Assembly: GCA_963821525.1 (NCBI GenBank)
Contig: CAWGED010000005.1
Location: 1,024,001-1,088,000 of the forward strand
Reading direction: 5' to 3'
DNA length: 64,000 nucleotides
From: an uncultured Gemmatimonadales bacterium
Lineage (GTDB): Bacteria > Gemmatimonadota > Gemmatimonadetes > Gemmatimonadales > GWC2-71-9
The translations under genes were made by a program, and so were the position numbers. The notes under the pieces are model-generated. The model was not told the DNA's origin. It worked only from the letters and a program-made list of their open reading frames with translations, and ran no database searches. Shown here piece after piece: positions 9,786 to 19,894 of the stretch (the first letter of the stretch is position 1; the number at the start of each line of letters is the position of its first letter).

Positions 9786-12060
9786 CCGGCCGGCCCTGGT
9801 TGGCCTCGACTCGCTGAACCCCGCCCAACGGCAGGCGGTCGAGCACGTCAACGGACCGCTGCTGGTCGTCGCGGGCGCCGGGTCGGGGAAGACCCGGGTG
9901 CTCACGATGCGGATCGCCCGCCTCATCGAGGAGGTCGGGGTTCCGCCGTCCCGCATTCTCGCCGTCACCTTCACCAACAAGGCGGCGGGAGAGATGAAAG
10001 AGCGGGTAGGACGACTGCTCGGTCAGGACCCGTCGGGGCTCTGGATCGGCACCTTCCATTCGCTCTGCGCCCGCCTGCTTCGTCGCGAAGCCGAGGCGCT
10101 TGGCTTCACTCGCCAATTCACCATCTACGACCAAGACGACCAGCTCAACCTGGTGAAGCGCCTGCTGGACCAGCGCGGTCATTCCTCGAAGCTCTTTCCT
10201 CCCCGTCTGATCCAGGCCATCATCTCGGCGGCGAAGAATCGGATGACCAGTCCCTCGGCACTCGCCGAGAACGCGGGATTCGACCGGGTGACCCAGGTGG
10301 CTGCGGAGATCTACGCCGCACTGGGGCCGGCACTCAAGGCGGCGAACGCGATGGACTTCGACGACTTGTTGCTTCATCCGCTCACCCTGTTCCGCGAGCG
10401 CCCGGACCGGCTGGATTACTACGCCGACCGGTTCGCGTTCGTCCTGGTAGACGAATTCCAGGATACCAACGGCGCGCAGTATCGGTTGGTCCGCCAGCTT
10501 GGTCGTCAGGGCAACGTGACGGCGGTGGGAGACGACGACCAGTCCATCTATGGCTGGCGCGGCGCCGACGTGAAGAACATGCTCGACTTCCAGCGCGACT
10601 TTCCCGGAACCCTGGTAGTCCGGCTGGAAGAGAACTACCGCTCGACCCGGCTGGTGCTCGACGCCGCCAACGCGGTGATCAAGGAAAACACCTCGCGGCT
10701 GGGGAAGACGCTGCGAACCCGTCGTCCGGGTGGTGAGTTGCTCACTCTCCTCGCCGCGGCGGATGAGCGGGACGAAGCCGAGTGGATCGTGCGCGAGTTG
10801 GCCAATCGCAGTGCCAAGGGGGATTGGGCACTGGTCGAAATGGCGATCCTCTACCGCACCAACTCCCAGTCGCGGGCGCTGGAAGAGGCCTGCCGCAGGG
10901 CGGGGGTGCCGTACCGGATCATCGGCGCGATCAGCTTCTACGATCGCCGCGAGGTGAAGGATCTGCTCGCCTATCTGCGCCTCATCACCAATCCCGCAGA
11001 CGATGAGGCCTTCCTTCGCGCCATCACCGTCCCCAAGCGCGGGATCGGGGAGAGCAGTCTCGCGATCGTAAGGGAACAGGCGGCTCGCTGGCAGCAGTCA
11101 CTGCTCGCGACGGCGCAAGCGGCAGATCGGGTGCCCGAGCTCCGGCCCAACGTCCGGGACGCACTGAGGAAATTCGCCGCGTTGGTGGACGGACTCCGCG
11201 AGCGCACCGCTTCCTGGCCCCCTGCCCAGGTCCTGGAGCAGCTGATCCAGGAACTCGACTACGAAGCGATGCTGCTGGCCGAAGGACCAGAAGGCGCCGA
11301 CCGTTGGGATAACGTCCGTGAACTGGTCGCGAGCGCGGCAGAATGGTCGGAGGTCGTAGCACCGGAAGCCGATGAAGAGGCCAGCCCGCTCGAACGCTTT
11401 CTGGCCGAGGCGGCGTTGCTCTCCGCCAATGATTCGATCTCCGGTCAGAAGGAGGGGATCACCCTCATGACACTGCATACCGCGAAGGGTCTGGAATGGC
11501 CAGTCGTAGTGCTCGCCGGCATGGAGGATGGTCTGTTCCCTCTAGCGCGCGCCGAGGAGCAAGAAGGCGGGATCGAAGAAGAGCGTAGGCTCTGTTACGT
11601 CGGGCTTACCCGGGCCAAGGACAAGTTGTATCTCACCTGGGCCCGCGCCCGGCGGCGTGGCGGCGAGCTTAAGCCGGGAAGGGGCTCGCGATTCCTCAAG
11701 GCGCTGCCTCCCGAGCTCGTTGAGGAGAAACGGACCTCTTCTCTCTGGGCTCCAAGTTGGGGCGGCTCGGCGGCTGGTCGGCTCGGCGGCACGGGTCGGG
11801 TATCCTCCACTTGGTTGGATCAGGACTACGAGCCGCCGAGCCGCCGAGCCGCCGAGCCGTCGGAGACGAACCAGGACACTCCTCGGTACGTGCGCGGGGA
11901 ACGAGTGCGCCACCGGCGGTTTGGGAGCGGAACGATCCAGGGCCTGGTAGGAACGGGAAAGGACTTGAAGGTCTCAGTGGCTTTCGATGATGCGGAAGTC
12001 GGGGTGAAACAGTTGCTCGTAGCCTACGCGGGCCTCGAACGGGATTGGGAGAGCGCATGA
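9775..12060 (+). CDS. pcrA: ATP-dependent DNA helicase PcrA/UvrD
   Basis: AGAGSGKT, VDEFQDTN, VGDDDQSIYGWRGA, TLHTAKGLE, C-terminal GERVRHRRFGSG. Confidence 0.95.
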   Translation: MKTDRPALVGLDSLNPAQRQAVEHVNGPLLVVAGAGSGKTRVLTMRIARLIEEVGVPPSRILAVTFTNKAAGEMKERVGRLLGQDPSGLWIGTFHSLCARLLRREAEALGFTRQFTIYDQDDQLNLVKRLLDQRGHSSKLFPPRLIQAIISAAKNRMTSPSALAENAGFDRVTQVAAEIYAALGPALKAANAMDFDDLLLHPLTLFRERPDRLDYYADRFAFVLVDEFQDTNGAQYRLVRQLGRQGNVTAVGDDDQSIYGWRGADVKNMLDFQRDFPGTLVVRLEENYRSTRLVLDAANAVIKENTSRLGKTLRTRRPGGELLTLLAAADERDEAEWIVRELANRSAKGDWALVEMAILYRTNSQSRALEEACRRAGVPYRIIGAISFYDRREVKDLLAYLRLITNPADDEAFLRAITVPKRGIGESSLAIVREQAARWQQSLLATAQAADRVPELRPNVRDALRKFAALVDGLRERTASWPPAQVLEQLIQELDYEAMLLAEGPEGADRWDNVRELVASAAEWSEVVAPEADEEASPLERFLAEAALLSANDSISGQKEGITLMTLHTAKGLEWPVVVLAGMEDGLFPLARAEEQEGGIEEERRLCYVGLTRAKDKLYLTWARARRRGGELKPGRGSRFLKALPPELVEEKRTSSLWAPSWGGSAAGRLGGTGRVSSTWLDQDYEPPSRRAAEPSETNQDTPRYVRGERVRHRRFGSGTIQGLVGTGKDLKVSVAFDDAEVGVKQLLVAYAGLERDWESA
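11761..11861. repeat. Inverted octamer array (GGCGGCTC)x4...(GAGCCGCC)x4 inside pcrA
   Basis: Both arms visible in the linker before the C-terminal domain. Confidence 0.85.
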
Positions 12061-12356
12061 GTATCGGCCGGGAAGACGTACTGCACGTGGCGAAGCTCGC
12101 AGAGCTCGCGGTGAGCGAGGAAGAACTGCCCAAGCTCACCGAGCAGCTCGGGCGAATTGTGGACTACGTCGCACAACTCAATGAAGTCCCGGCTGGAGAG
12201 CAGGCGCCTCCTTATCTCGCCGGCCCCGACAAAGTGACGCTGCGTCCCGATGTTGTGGCTCCGGTTCCGCTGGCACGGCCTCCGGCAGACTTCGCTCCGG
12301 AATTCTCCCAGGGTCTCTTCGTCGTCCCCCGGCTCGGCGCCATGGAGGACCAGTGA
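12057..12356 (+). CDS. gatC: Asp/Glu-tRNA amidotransferase subunit C
   Basis: DVLHVAKLAEL, LRPD, FVVPR; directly upstream of gatA. Confidence 0.93.
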   Translation: MSIGREDVLHVAKLAELAVSEEELPKLTEQLGRIVDYVAQLNEVPAGEQAPPYLAGPDKVTLRPDVVAPVPLARPPADFAPEFSQGLFVVPRLGAMEDQ

Positions 12357-13792
12357 GCGCCGTCGAATCAGCCGCGAGCGCAGTGCGCGAGGGCCGGACC
12401 ACCGCGGCAGTGGCCGCAAAGGAGGTCGCGAGCCGCCTGGAGAAGACCGCCGCGCTGAATGCCTCGCTCAACTGGTCGGCTGAGCGATTGGAAGCCGAGG
12501 CGGCGCGGGTGGATGGTGCCACTCCATCGGACCGGGCAAAGATGCCCCTCGCCGGGGTGCCGATCGCGGTCAAAGACAACATCGTCACGACCGAGCAACC
12601 GACCACCTGCGGCTCGCGGATTCTCGAAGGCTACGTGTCACCGTTCAATGCCACGGTGATCAACCGGCTTCGTGCCGCGGGAGCCATGATCGCTTGCAAG
12701 GCGAATCTCGACGAGTTCGCCATGGGCTCATCTACCGAACACTCCGCCTTCGGGCGGGTGAAGCATCCTGACGATCCGTCGTGCGTGCCGGGAGGTTCGT
12801 CCGGCGGGTCGGCCGCGTTGGTGGCCGCAGGGGCGGTGCCCGCGGCCCTCGGCTCGGAGACCGGCGGCTCGGTGCGCCAGCCGGCGAGCTTCTGCGGGAT
12901 CGTGGGGATCAAACCGAGCTATGGCCGGGTGAGCCGCTACGGCCTCGTCGCTTTCGGGTCGTCGCTCGATGCGGTGAGCACCTTCGGCCGCACGGTAGAT
13001 GATGCAGCACGGGTCCTGGCCGCAATGAGCGGACACGATCCGCTCGATGCGACAACGATCGCCCAGCCGCCACTGGTGCTGGATCCACCGCGACGTGACT
13101 TGAAGGGCCTCACCATCGGCTTACCCGCCGAATATTTCCCGCGCGATCTGCACAAAGGAGTGCGGGCAGGCCTCGACCGGGCGATCAAGGCGGTAAAGGA
13201 GCTAGGGGGGACGATCAAGGAGGTCTCGCTGCCGCATACCCGCTATGCGGTGCCGACCTACTACATCATCGCTCCGGCCGAAGCCGCCGCGAACCTCGCG
13301 CGATATGACGGAGTACGATACGGCCAGCGGCGAGTCGGACCGGCAGGCGATCTCCGCGCACTCTACCAGGCTACGCGCGGCCAGGGGTTCGGCGCCGAGG
13401 TTCGTCGCCGGATTCTGATCGGAACCTATGTGCTGAGTTCAGGCTATTACGACGCTTATTACCGGAAGGCGCAACAGGTGCGGGCTCTGCTGGCCGAGGA
13501 CTTCCGGCGCGCCTTCGACGCCGGCTGCGACATGCTGCTGACGCCGACGACGCCAACTCCCGCTTTCAAAGCGGGCGAGAAGACCGAGGATCCGGTCGCG
13601 ATGTACCTGGCGGACATCTTCGTTTGTCCGGTCAACCTGGCCGGTCTGCCCGCGGTGAGTTTCCCGGTCGGTCGATCGGAAGGTTTGCCGCTGGGCGCCC
13701 AGCTCATCGCGCCGAATTTCGCCGAAGCCAGAATGCTGAGCGCGGCGGCGGCCCTCGAAGCGGCGCTCGACGCTGCCGCGGAGGTGCGCTGA
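12353..13792 (+). CDS. gatA: Asp/Glu-tRNA amidotransferase subunit A
   Basis: Amidase signature GGSSGGSAA, GSETGGSVRQPAS, NLARYDG. Confidence 0.96.
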   Translation: MSAVESAASAVREGRTTAAVAAKEVASRLEKTAALNASLNWSAERLEAEAARVDGATPSDRAKMPLAGVPIAVKDNIVTTEQPTTCGSRILEGYVSPFNATVINRLRAAGAMIACKANLDEFAMGSSTEHSAFGRVKHPDDPSCVPGGSSGGSAALVAAGAVPAALGSETGGSVRQPASFCGIVGIKPSYGRVSRYGLVAFGSSLDAVSTFGRTVDDAARVLAAMSGHDPLDATTIAQPPLVLDPPRRDLKGLTIGLPAEYFPRDLHKGVRAGLDRAIKAVKELGGTIKEVSLPHTRYAVPTYYIIAPAEAAANLARYDGVRYGQRRVGPAGDLRALYQATRGQGFGAEVRRRILIGTYVLSSGYYDAYYRKAQQVRALLAEDFRRAFDAGCDMLLTPTTPTPAFKAGEKTEDPVAMYLADIFVCPVNLAGLPAVSFPVGRSEGLPLGAQLIAPNFAEARMLSAAAALEAALDAAAEVR

Positions 13793-15198
13793 TGACCTGG
13801 GAAACGGTGATCGGCCTCGAGGTCCACGCTCAGCTGCTGACCAAGTCGAAGATGTTCTGTGGCTGCGCCAACAAGTTCGGCGCGCCTCCCAACACGCTGG
13901 TGTGCCCGGTGTGTCTCGGTCTGCCAGGGGCGCTCCCGGTGCCTAACGAACAGGCGATCCGTCTCGCGACGCAGGCCGCGAGGGCGCTGGGATGCACGGT
14001 GCACCCGCGCAGCATCTTCGCCCGGAAGAATTACTTCTATCCCGATCTGCCCAAGGGATACCAGATCTCCCAGTTCGATCAGCCGCTGGCGACCGGCGGC
14101 ACGATCTGGTGCGAGTCGCCCGAGCGGGGACGGATCGGTATCGGGGTCACCCGGCTCCATCTCGAGGAGGATGCCGGCAAATCGCTGCACGACCGGCTCC
14201 CCGGCAAGACCGCGATTGATCTCAATCGGGCAGGAACTCCGCTGGTCGAGATCGTGAGTGAGCCCGACCTCCGCAGTCCGGCGGAGGCGCGAGCCTATCT
14301 CACGACGCTCAAGCAGATCCTGGTCTACGCCGAGGTGAGTGACTGCAACATGGAGGAAGGAAGCCTCCGGGTGGACGCGAACATCTCGATCCGCCGTCCC
14401 GGCGACTCCAAGCTCGGCACCAAGGCGGAAGTCAAGAACATGAACAGCTTCGCCAATGTCGAACGGGCGCTGATCGTCGAGCACGATCGCCAGGTGGCGC
14501 TGCTCGAGAGTGGGGCACGGGTGGAGCAGGTGACCATGCTGTTCAATGCCGCCTCTGGAACGGTGAAGCCGATGCGCTCCAAGGAGGAGAGCCACGACTA
14601 CCGGTATTTCCCCGATCCGGATCTGCCGCCCCTGGTGCTCACTCCAAAGTGGATCGAGGAGCAGCACGCAGCACTCCCCGAGCTGCCCGAGCCCAAGCGG
14701 GAGCGCTTCATGACCCGCTACGCCATCACCGCGTACGACGCCGGCGTCCTCGCCTCCGAGCGGCCGGTGGCGGATTACTTCGAGGCGGTGGTGGGAGCTG
14801 GAGCGGAAGCAAAGGCGGCCGCCAACTGGGTGATGGGTGAGGCGATGAGCGGCTACAACGAGACCGGCCGATTCGGTGTAAGTGCCGAACGGCTCTCGAA
14901 ACTGATCGGATTGGTCAAGGAAGGCGTGGTCAGTCTCCAGGCGGCCAAGCGAGTCTATCCGGAGCTGGTGGATGGAAACGAGGAGCCCCGCGCCGTTGCC
15001 GAACGGCTGGGACTGATTCAGGTCGGCGATGCCAACACGCTCGGTGCCTGGGTCGAGGAAGTCCTCGCCGCCAACCCCTCCGAGGTGGAGCGCTTCCGGG
15101 GTGGGGAAGCCAAACTCATGGGCTTCTTCGTGGGACTTGTGATGAAGAAGAGCGGGGGTAAGGCGGATCCCAAAGCTGTACAGCCGCTGCTAGACTGA
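13792..15198 (+). CDS. gatB: Asp/Glu-tRNA amidotransferase subunit B (last codons possibly frameshifted)
   Basis: IGLEVHAQL, RKNYFYPDLPKGYQISQ, LEEDAGK, YRYFPDPDL. Confidence 0.97.
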   Translation: MTWETVIGLEVHAQLLTKSKMFCGCANKFGAPPNTLVCPVCLGLPGALPVPNEQAIRLATQAARALGCTVHPRSIFARKNYFYPDLPKGYQISQFDQPLATGGTIWCESPERGRIGIGVTRLHLEEDAGKSLHDRLPGKTAIDLNRAGTPLVEIVSEPDLRSPAEARAYLTTLKQILVYAEVSDCNMEEGSLRVDANISIRRPGDSKLGTKAEVKNMNSFANVERALIVEHDRQVALLESGARVEQVTMLFNAASGTVKPMRSKEESHDYRYFPDPDLPPLVLTPKWIEEQHAALPELPEPKRERFMTRYAITAYDAGVLASERPVADYFEAVVGAGAEAKAAANWVMGEAMSGYNETGRFGVSAERLSKLIGLVKEGVVSLQAAKRVYPELVDGNEEPRAVAERLGLIQVGDANTLGAWVEEVLAANPSEVERFRGGEAKLMGFFVGLVMKKSGGKADPKAVQPLLD

Positions 15199-15215
15199 AA
15201 AGCTGCAAGTAAGAT

Positions 15216-15295
15216 AGTACCAGACCAGTACAGACGAGTAAGAAGGAATCCACTCGGTACTCGGTACTCGACTACTAGGTACTCACTATCTCACG
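15216..15295. repeat. Degenerate inverted heptamer array (GAGTACC / GGTACTC) between convergent genes
   Basis: TAGTACC..AGTAC..GAGTA then ACTCGGT ACTCGGT ACTCGACT ACTAGGT ACTCACT. Confidence 0.7.
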
Positions 15296-16157
15296 CTAGT
15301 TCCCCCAAAGCGTCAGAAACTCCGGATCGACAGTCACCGTCCCGTACCGCACAACCCAATGCAGATGCGGGCCGGTGACCCGTCCGCTCTTTCCCACCGC
15401 TCCAATGATCTGCCCCCGCTCGACCGTGTCTCCCTGGGCCACTGCGGTGCTGCTCAAGTGGAAGTAGGCTGAGACGAGCCCTTCGCCGTGGTCGAGATAC
15501 AGCACTCGACCCGCCAGATAGAAGTCCGCCACCATTGCGACCACGCCACGATTCGTAGCCCGTACCGGATCTCCCACCGCACCGGCGTAGTCAGTGCCCA
15601 GATGCCGGCTCACCGCTTTGCCGTTGAACTCCCTCCCGGTGCCGAAGATGCTGGTGATCCGGCTGTCTCGCGGCGGCAGGAAGGCATCCTGCCACTGGCG
15701 CGGGGTGCTTTGAGAGCGAACTCCGATCTCTCGTGCGCGCGCTATCTCCTTGTCGATCCGGACCTGTGCCGCGCTGTCCGGCTTCGCCATGGCCGGTGCG
15801 ACACGAAGCTTCTCCATCGTGTAGTCGGGCTGACGCACGAACACGCTCGCGGCAACGGTGTCCTGGGACCCATCGCTGTAAGAGATCCGCAGTATGACAG
15901 GGAAAGAATCGGGGCCTTCGATTGGAATTCCGGCCAGCGCTACGAAGTGTCCAGCACCCTGGGCCTCGAAATGGAGCGGCTCGCCTCCCGCGGTGCCCTC
16001 CACCCAGCTCCACGGCCGGTCGGACGTCGCCGTGTCACTGGCGACTAGTCGTACCAGGCTTCCCCGGACCGGTCGTTCCGGCTCAACGGTGAGCAGCAAG
16101 GCCGGCGGGCGCTGAAAGGTCTCCCGCAAGGAGCAGAAGTGCCGCGATCGCCAGCAT
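15296..16157 (-). CDS. M23 family metallopeptidase (frameshift near N-terminus)
   Basis: HLGTD, YFHL, GRVTGPHLHW; ATG 16157 coupled (TGATG) to the upstream stop. Confidence 0.88.
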
Positions 16158-17092
16158 CAGAGAAGATTCAGCTGTCGCGCCAGGGCGTCTTGACCCTGCG
16201 CGGATGGCCAGAAATCAGGGTTCCGCTCCGGTAATCCGAATCGCTCCTGGGCAACGCCCTGAAGCCGCTTCGGGTCCTTCCATGCTCCGGCGAGCAGGGC
16301 TTCTCTTCGCAGCCGCTTCGCCGTCCGCAACGCGTCTTCTCCCGAGGGATCCAGTTGCCGCGGCTCGGCCTCCGGCTCGGCCAGCGTTCCCATCACATAG
16401 TCGAAGGAAAGTGAGATGTGCCGCTCGATGTCGTCGGCCGCAAGCTCCCAGCGGCTGTGTTGCTGTGCCACCTGAAAGGCGCGCTGCCATCCCTGCGACT
16501 CGGTGAGGTGAACCATGCCGCGAAACAGCCGCCGGTTGGTGCGAACGCTGAAAATGGTCGGGGCGAGAATCTGATCCAGGTGGGTGTCGGCCGGAGTGTG
16601 GTCCAGCAGGATCACCTCCTTGGCCGTGCGGGCAAACTCGTCACCCAGCGGCGTCTCGAAGCGGCTCTCCCAATACGAGTGGCCGAAGCCACTCGTCGTA
16701 CTGGTCAACAAGAGCTGGCGGGGCACAAAGTAGTTATGTGCCACCGTGTCGGCCGCGAGATGACAGAGATATCCCAGGCCAAAAGCCCGCAACGCGTCGA
16801 TCTTCGCGTGATCGTAGATCTGCTGGCCAACATGCCAGGAGTGGCAGTGCCGGCCGACCGGCGCGTACTTCTTCGCGATGGAGGTGTCTGCCGCGATGTT
16901 GCCGTAGAGAAAATCAAAGGGAAAGGCCCGGAGGAGATCGGCGATTGGCGATGGGAGGATCCCCAGGTTCGCCAGGACCGACTCGCCGAGGTAGATGTGG
17001 GTGCCCGGTGTCCAGCCGTACAGGTGATTCGGGACGATCAGGGTGACGAGGCCGAAACAGACCAACAGGAGGGCGGCGCGCCGGAGAATCAA
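16157..17092 (-). CDS. Zinc-dependent phospholipase C family protein
   Basis: Signal peptide then WTPGTH, GNIAAD, GYLCHLAADTVAHN, HSYWE. Confidence 0.85.
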   Translation of the reverse strand: MILRRAALLLVCFGLVTLIVPNHLYGWTPGTHIYLGESVLANLGILPSPIADLLRAFPFDFLYGNIAADTSIAKKYAPVGRHCHSWHVGQQIYDHAKIDALRAFGLGYLCHLAADTVAHNYFVPRQLLLTSTTSGFGHSYWESRFETPLGDEFARTAKEVILLDHTPADTHLDQILAPTIFSVRTNRRLFRGMVHLTESQGWQRAFQVAQQHSRWELAADDIERHISLSFDYVMGTLAEPEAEPRQLDPSGEDALRTAKRLRREALLAGAWKDPKRLQGVAQERFGLPERNPDFWPSAQGQDALARQLNLL

Positions 17093-17550
17093 CGGTGTTT
17101 ACCCGCGCCGAGCAGGCGGCGCACCCAGCGGTACCAGGAGGCCCGCGTGCGGAAGCTGCGGAGCGTCGTGGCGACATCCAGCGCGGTTTCCTCGATCTCG
17201 CTCTCGAGTACGTCGTAGACCGCTTCGAGGTCGATCAGGCGGTCCTTCACCTTGACCCTCAGTGCGCGACTCGCCTCGACGACGTCTTCCGCCTCGTTGC
17301 CCAGTTTGGCCGCGAGTTGACGGGCCTCATCGCCGAGGTGGTGGACCGAATCCAGCGCGGGCGCCAGGTCCTTGCGCAGGTTCTCCACCGCTCGGCCCAG
17401 GTTTTCGATCTGCCCGGCGGCGGCTTTCGCGGTGGCGGCGACGACCAGAGCGATCACGGCGAAGCTGCCCGCAATGATCACCAGGGAAATCGCAACGGTG
17501 GGCCCGACCCATCCCGCAACCGTGATCACGGTATCCTGAAGCAGCAACAT
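17089..17550 (-). CDS. Single-TM coiled-coil protein (DUF948-like)
   Basis: Long TM segment followed by heptad-rich helix. Confidence 0.7.
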   Translation of the reverse strand: MLLLQDTVITVAGWVGPTVAISLVIIAGSFAVIALVVAATAKAAAGQIENLGRAVENLRKDLAPALDSVHHLGDEARQLAAKLGNEAEDVVEASRALRVKVKDRLIDLEAVYDVLESEIEETALDVATTLRSFRTRASWYRWVRRLLGAGKHR

Positions 17551-17606
17551 CTTCCCAAGATAACCGTGGCGCTTGACGATGCCACCGGCCGTCGTGACCT
17601 TTGGCC

Positions 17607-18888
17607 ATGCCTCCACGCTTCCAGGTCCGCGGCGGGCGACCCCTGCGCGGAACCGTCTTGCCCGCCGGCAACAAGAACGCGGCGCTCCCTGCGCTCACTG
17701 CCACACTCCTCGCCGACGGCCCGGTGACGCTGCAACAACGTGCCGCGAATCCGCGACGTGGAAACCATGATCGCGCTGCTCGTGGATCTCGGCGCCCAAG
17801 TCGATTGGCACGGAACCAACACGCTGCGGGTTGACGCGCGCGCGGCACGCCCGAAAGCGCTCGATCCCGCGCTCTGCGCCCGGATCCGGGCTTCCATCCT
17901 GCTGGCCGGACCGCTGCTCGCCCGATTCGGCTCGGTCACCTTGCCACCGCCGGGTGGAGACGTCATCGGCCGGCGCCGGGTGGATACCCACTTCCTCGCG
18001 CTGGAGCAGCTGGGCGCGGAGCTGACGGTCGGCGAGAGCTACAAGATCGAAGGCAAGAGGCTGACAGGCGCCGAAATCTTCCTGGACGAACCGAGCGTAA
18101 CCGGCACCGAGAACGCGCTGCTTGCCGCGGTCATGGCGCATGGCCGTACGGTCCTGCGCAACGCCGCCGCCGAGCCGCACGTGCAGGATGTAGCGCGTCT
18201 GCTCATCGCGATGGGCGCGTCGATCGAAGGAATCGGCACCAACGTCTACACCATCGAGGGCGGTCGCCCTCTTGGCGGCTGCGAATTCACCATTGGCCCC
18301 GATCACATCGAGATCGCGAGCTTCATCGGGCTCGCCGCGGTCACCGACGGAGCGATCACGATCGAAGGCGTCCGGTCCGATGATCTGCGCAGCACCCTGT
18401 TCGGCTTCGAGCGGCTCGGCGTCCGCCCGCGGGTGGACGGGCAACGGCTGGTCGTTGACTCCGGGCAAGAGCGCCGGATCCGTCCCGACCTGGGAGGCCA
18501 TGTTCCCAAGCTCGAGGATGGTCCCTGGCCTGCGTTCCCCGCGGATGCGATGTCCATCGCCGTGGTGACCGCCACCCAATGCGAAGGAATGGTGCTGATC
18601 TTCGAGAAGATGTTCGAGTCGCGGCTGTTCTTCGTGGACAAACTCATCGGGATGGGTGCCCGAATCGTCCTCTGCGACCCCCATCGCGTCGTAGTGTCCG
18701 GGCCGTCCCAGCTCCGAGGCGGCACAGTGGAGTCTCCCGACATTCGCGCCGGCATGGCCATGTTGCTCGCCGCCCTGGCCGCGGAAGGCACCAGCACCAT
18801 TCACAACGTTGGCCAGATCGAGCGGGGGTACGAGCAGATCGATTCCCGGCTCCGAGCCCTTGGGGCAGAGATTGAGCGATTTGAATAG
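17607..18888 (+). CDS. murA: UDP-N-acetylglucosamine 1-carboxyvinyltransferase (frameshift near 17735)
   Basis: [45 protein letters not shown]. Confidence 0.95.
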
Positions 18889-19675
18889 CGAGTACGGCGC
18901 ACCTGGTACCGAGTACCGAGCACGGCGGGAAGAACCGGTCGAGGGCACGGTTCCGAGGTTTACCATCCCCGATTGGCGGGAGCGATTCGGGGTCGTTGCC
19001 GGAATCACCGGGCGGGGCAGCGAGGAGGGCAGGGGATTCGACCTCGGCCTCTGGACCGATGCGCCGGTGCACGACGTGATGACCCGGTGGAGGGCGTTCA
19101 GGCGGGCGGAGCCCGGCTTCGATGCGACCGTACTGGGGAACCAGGTGCATCAGACCGCCGTCCAATTCCACGCTTCGGGCAAAGGTTGGATTCAGCTCGA
19201 GGGGCTGGACGGTCACGCGACGTCAACCAAGGGCATTCTGCTCACCGTCACCGTGGCCGACTGCATTCCTGTTTACCTCCTGGATCCCGTGAAGAAGGCC
19301 GTGGCTCTCCTGCACGCCGGTTGGCGGGGAATCGCTGGTCGTATCCTTGCCCAGGGAGTCGAGACCTTGGGTGAAGCCGTTGGATCTGATCCGGCTGATC
19401 TGGTAATGCACTGTGGTGTAGGGATTTGTGGCAACTGCTATGAAGTAGGTTCTGAAGTCATGGAGGGCTGTGGAAAAGCCGCCGAAGGCTCAGGACCCTG
19501 GCATTTGGATCTGCGCTCGGTGCTGGCTGAGCAGGCGGGACTTCTGGGGATCGGCTCCGTGTCGGTTTCCGAATGGTGCTCCGCACACGACGCCCGGTAC
19601 TTCTATAGTCACCGCCGGTCCCGGGGGTCCGACGGTCGAATGGTCGCGTATTTGGGGATGCCGAAGAGCTCCTAG
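18881..19675 (+). CDS. pgeF: YfiH/PgeF family (polyphenol oxidase-like / purine nucleoside phosphorylase); start uncertain
   Basis: QVH, VADCIPV, HAGWRG, CYEVG, FYSHRR. Confidence 0.88.
   Translation: MNSEYGAPGTEYRARREEPVEGTVPRFTIPDWRERFGVVAGITGRGSEEGRGFDLGLWTDAPVHDVMTRWRAFRRAEPGFDATVLGNQVHQTAVQFHASGKGWIQLEGLDGHATSTKGILLTVTVADCIPVYLLDPVKKAVALLHAGWRGIAGRILAQGVETLGEAVGSDPADLVMHCGVGICGNCYEVGSEVMEGCGKAAEGSGPWHLDLRSVLAEQAGLLGIGSVSVSEWCSAHDARYFYSHRRSRGSDGRMVAYLGMPKSS
18889..18923 (+). repeat. Single-arm heptamer array (CGAGTAC-like x5)
   Basis: CGAGTAC GGCGCAC CTGGTAC CGAGTAC CGAGCAC directly after the murA stop. Confidence 0.6.
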
Positions 19676-19698
19676 CTGCGGTGACGGGTTCTTAGTCA

Positions 19699-19759
19699 GG
19701 TAGTGGGGAGTAGGTGGTAGGGAGTGGGGCCCCACCACCCACCACCCCTACTCAGCACT
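19699..19759. repeat. Degenerate inverted heptamer array (GGGAGTG / CACTCCC type)
   Basis: GGTAGTG GGGAGTA GGTGGTA GGGAGTG then CCACCAC CCACCAC CCCTACT CAGCACT. Confidence 0.7.
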
Positions 19760-19783
19760 GCCGCCGCACCCCCTCATTCGCAA

Positions 19784-19813
19784 TTGACGAATCCATCCCC
19801 CCGACACTAGACT
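19784..19813 (+). promoter_or_regulatory. Sigma70-type promoter of the rimP operon
   Basis: TTGACG-18-TAGACT. Confidence 0.6.
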
Positions 19814-19855
19814 TACGCCGCTGTTCGGGGATCTCCGAGCCGGGGGTCGCAGGAC

Positions 19856-19884
19856 GAGTGGGGGAGTTCCCCCACATTTTTTTT
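19856..19884 (+). promoter_or_regulatory. rimP leader hairpin / attenuator
   Basis: GAGTGGGGGAGTTCCCCCAC plus T8, 10 nt before the rimP ATG. Confidence 0.8.
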
Positions 19885-19894
19885 CTAAGTCCTG

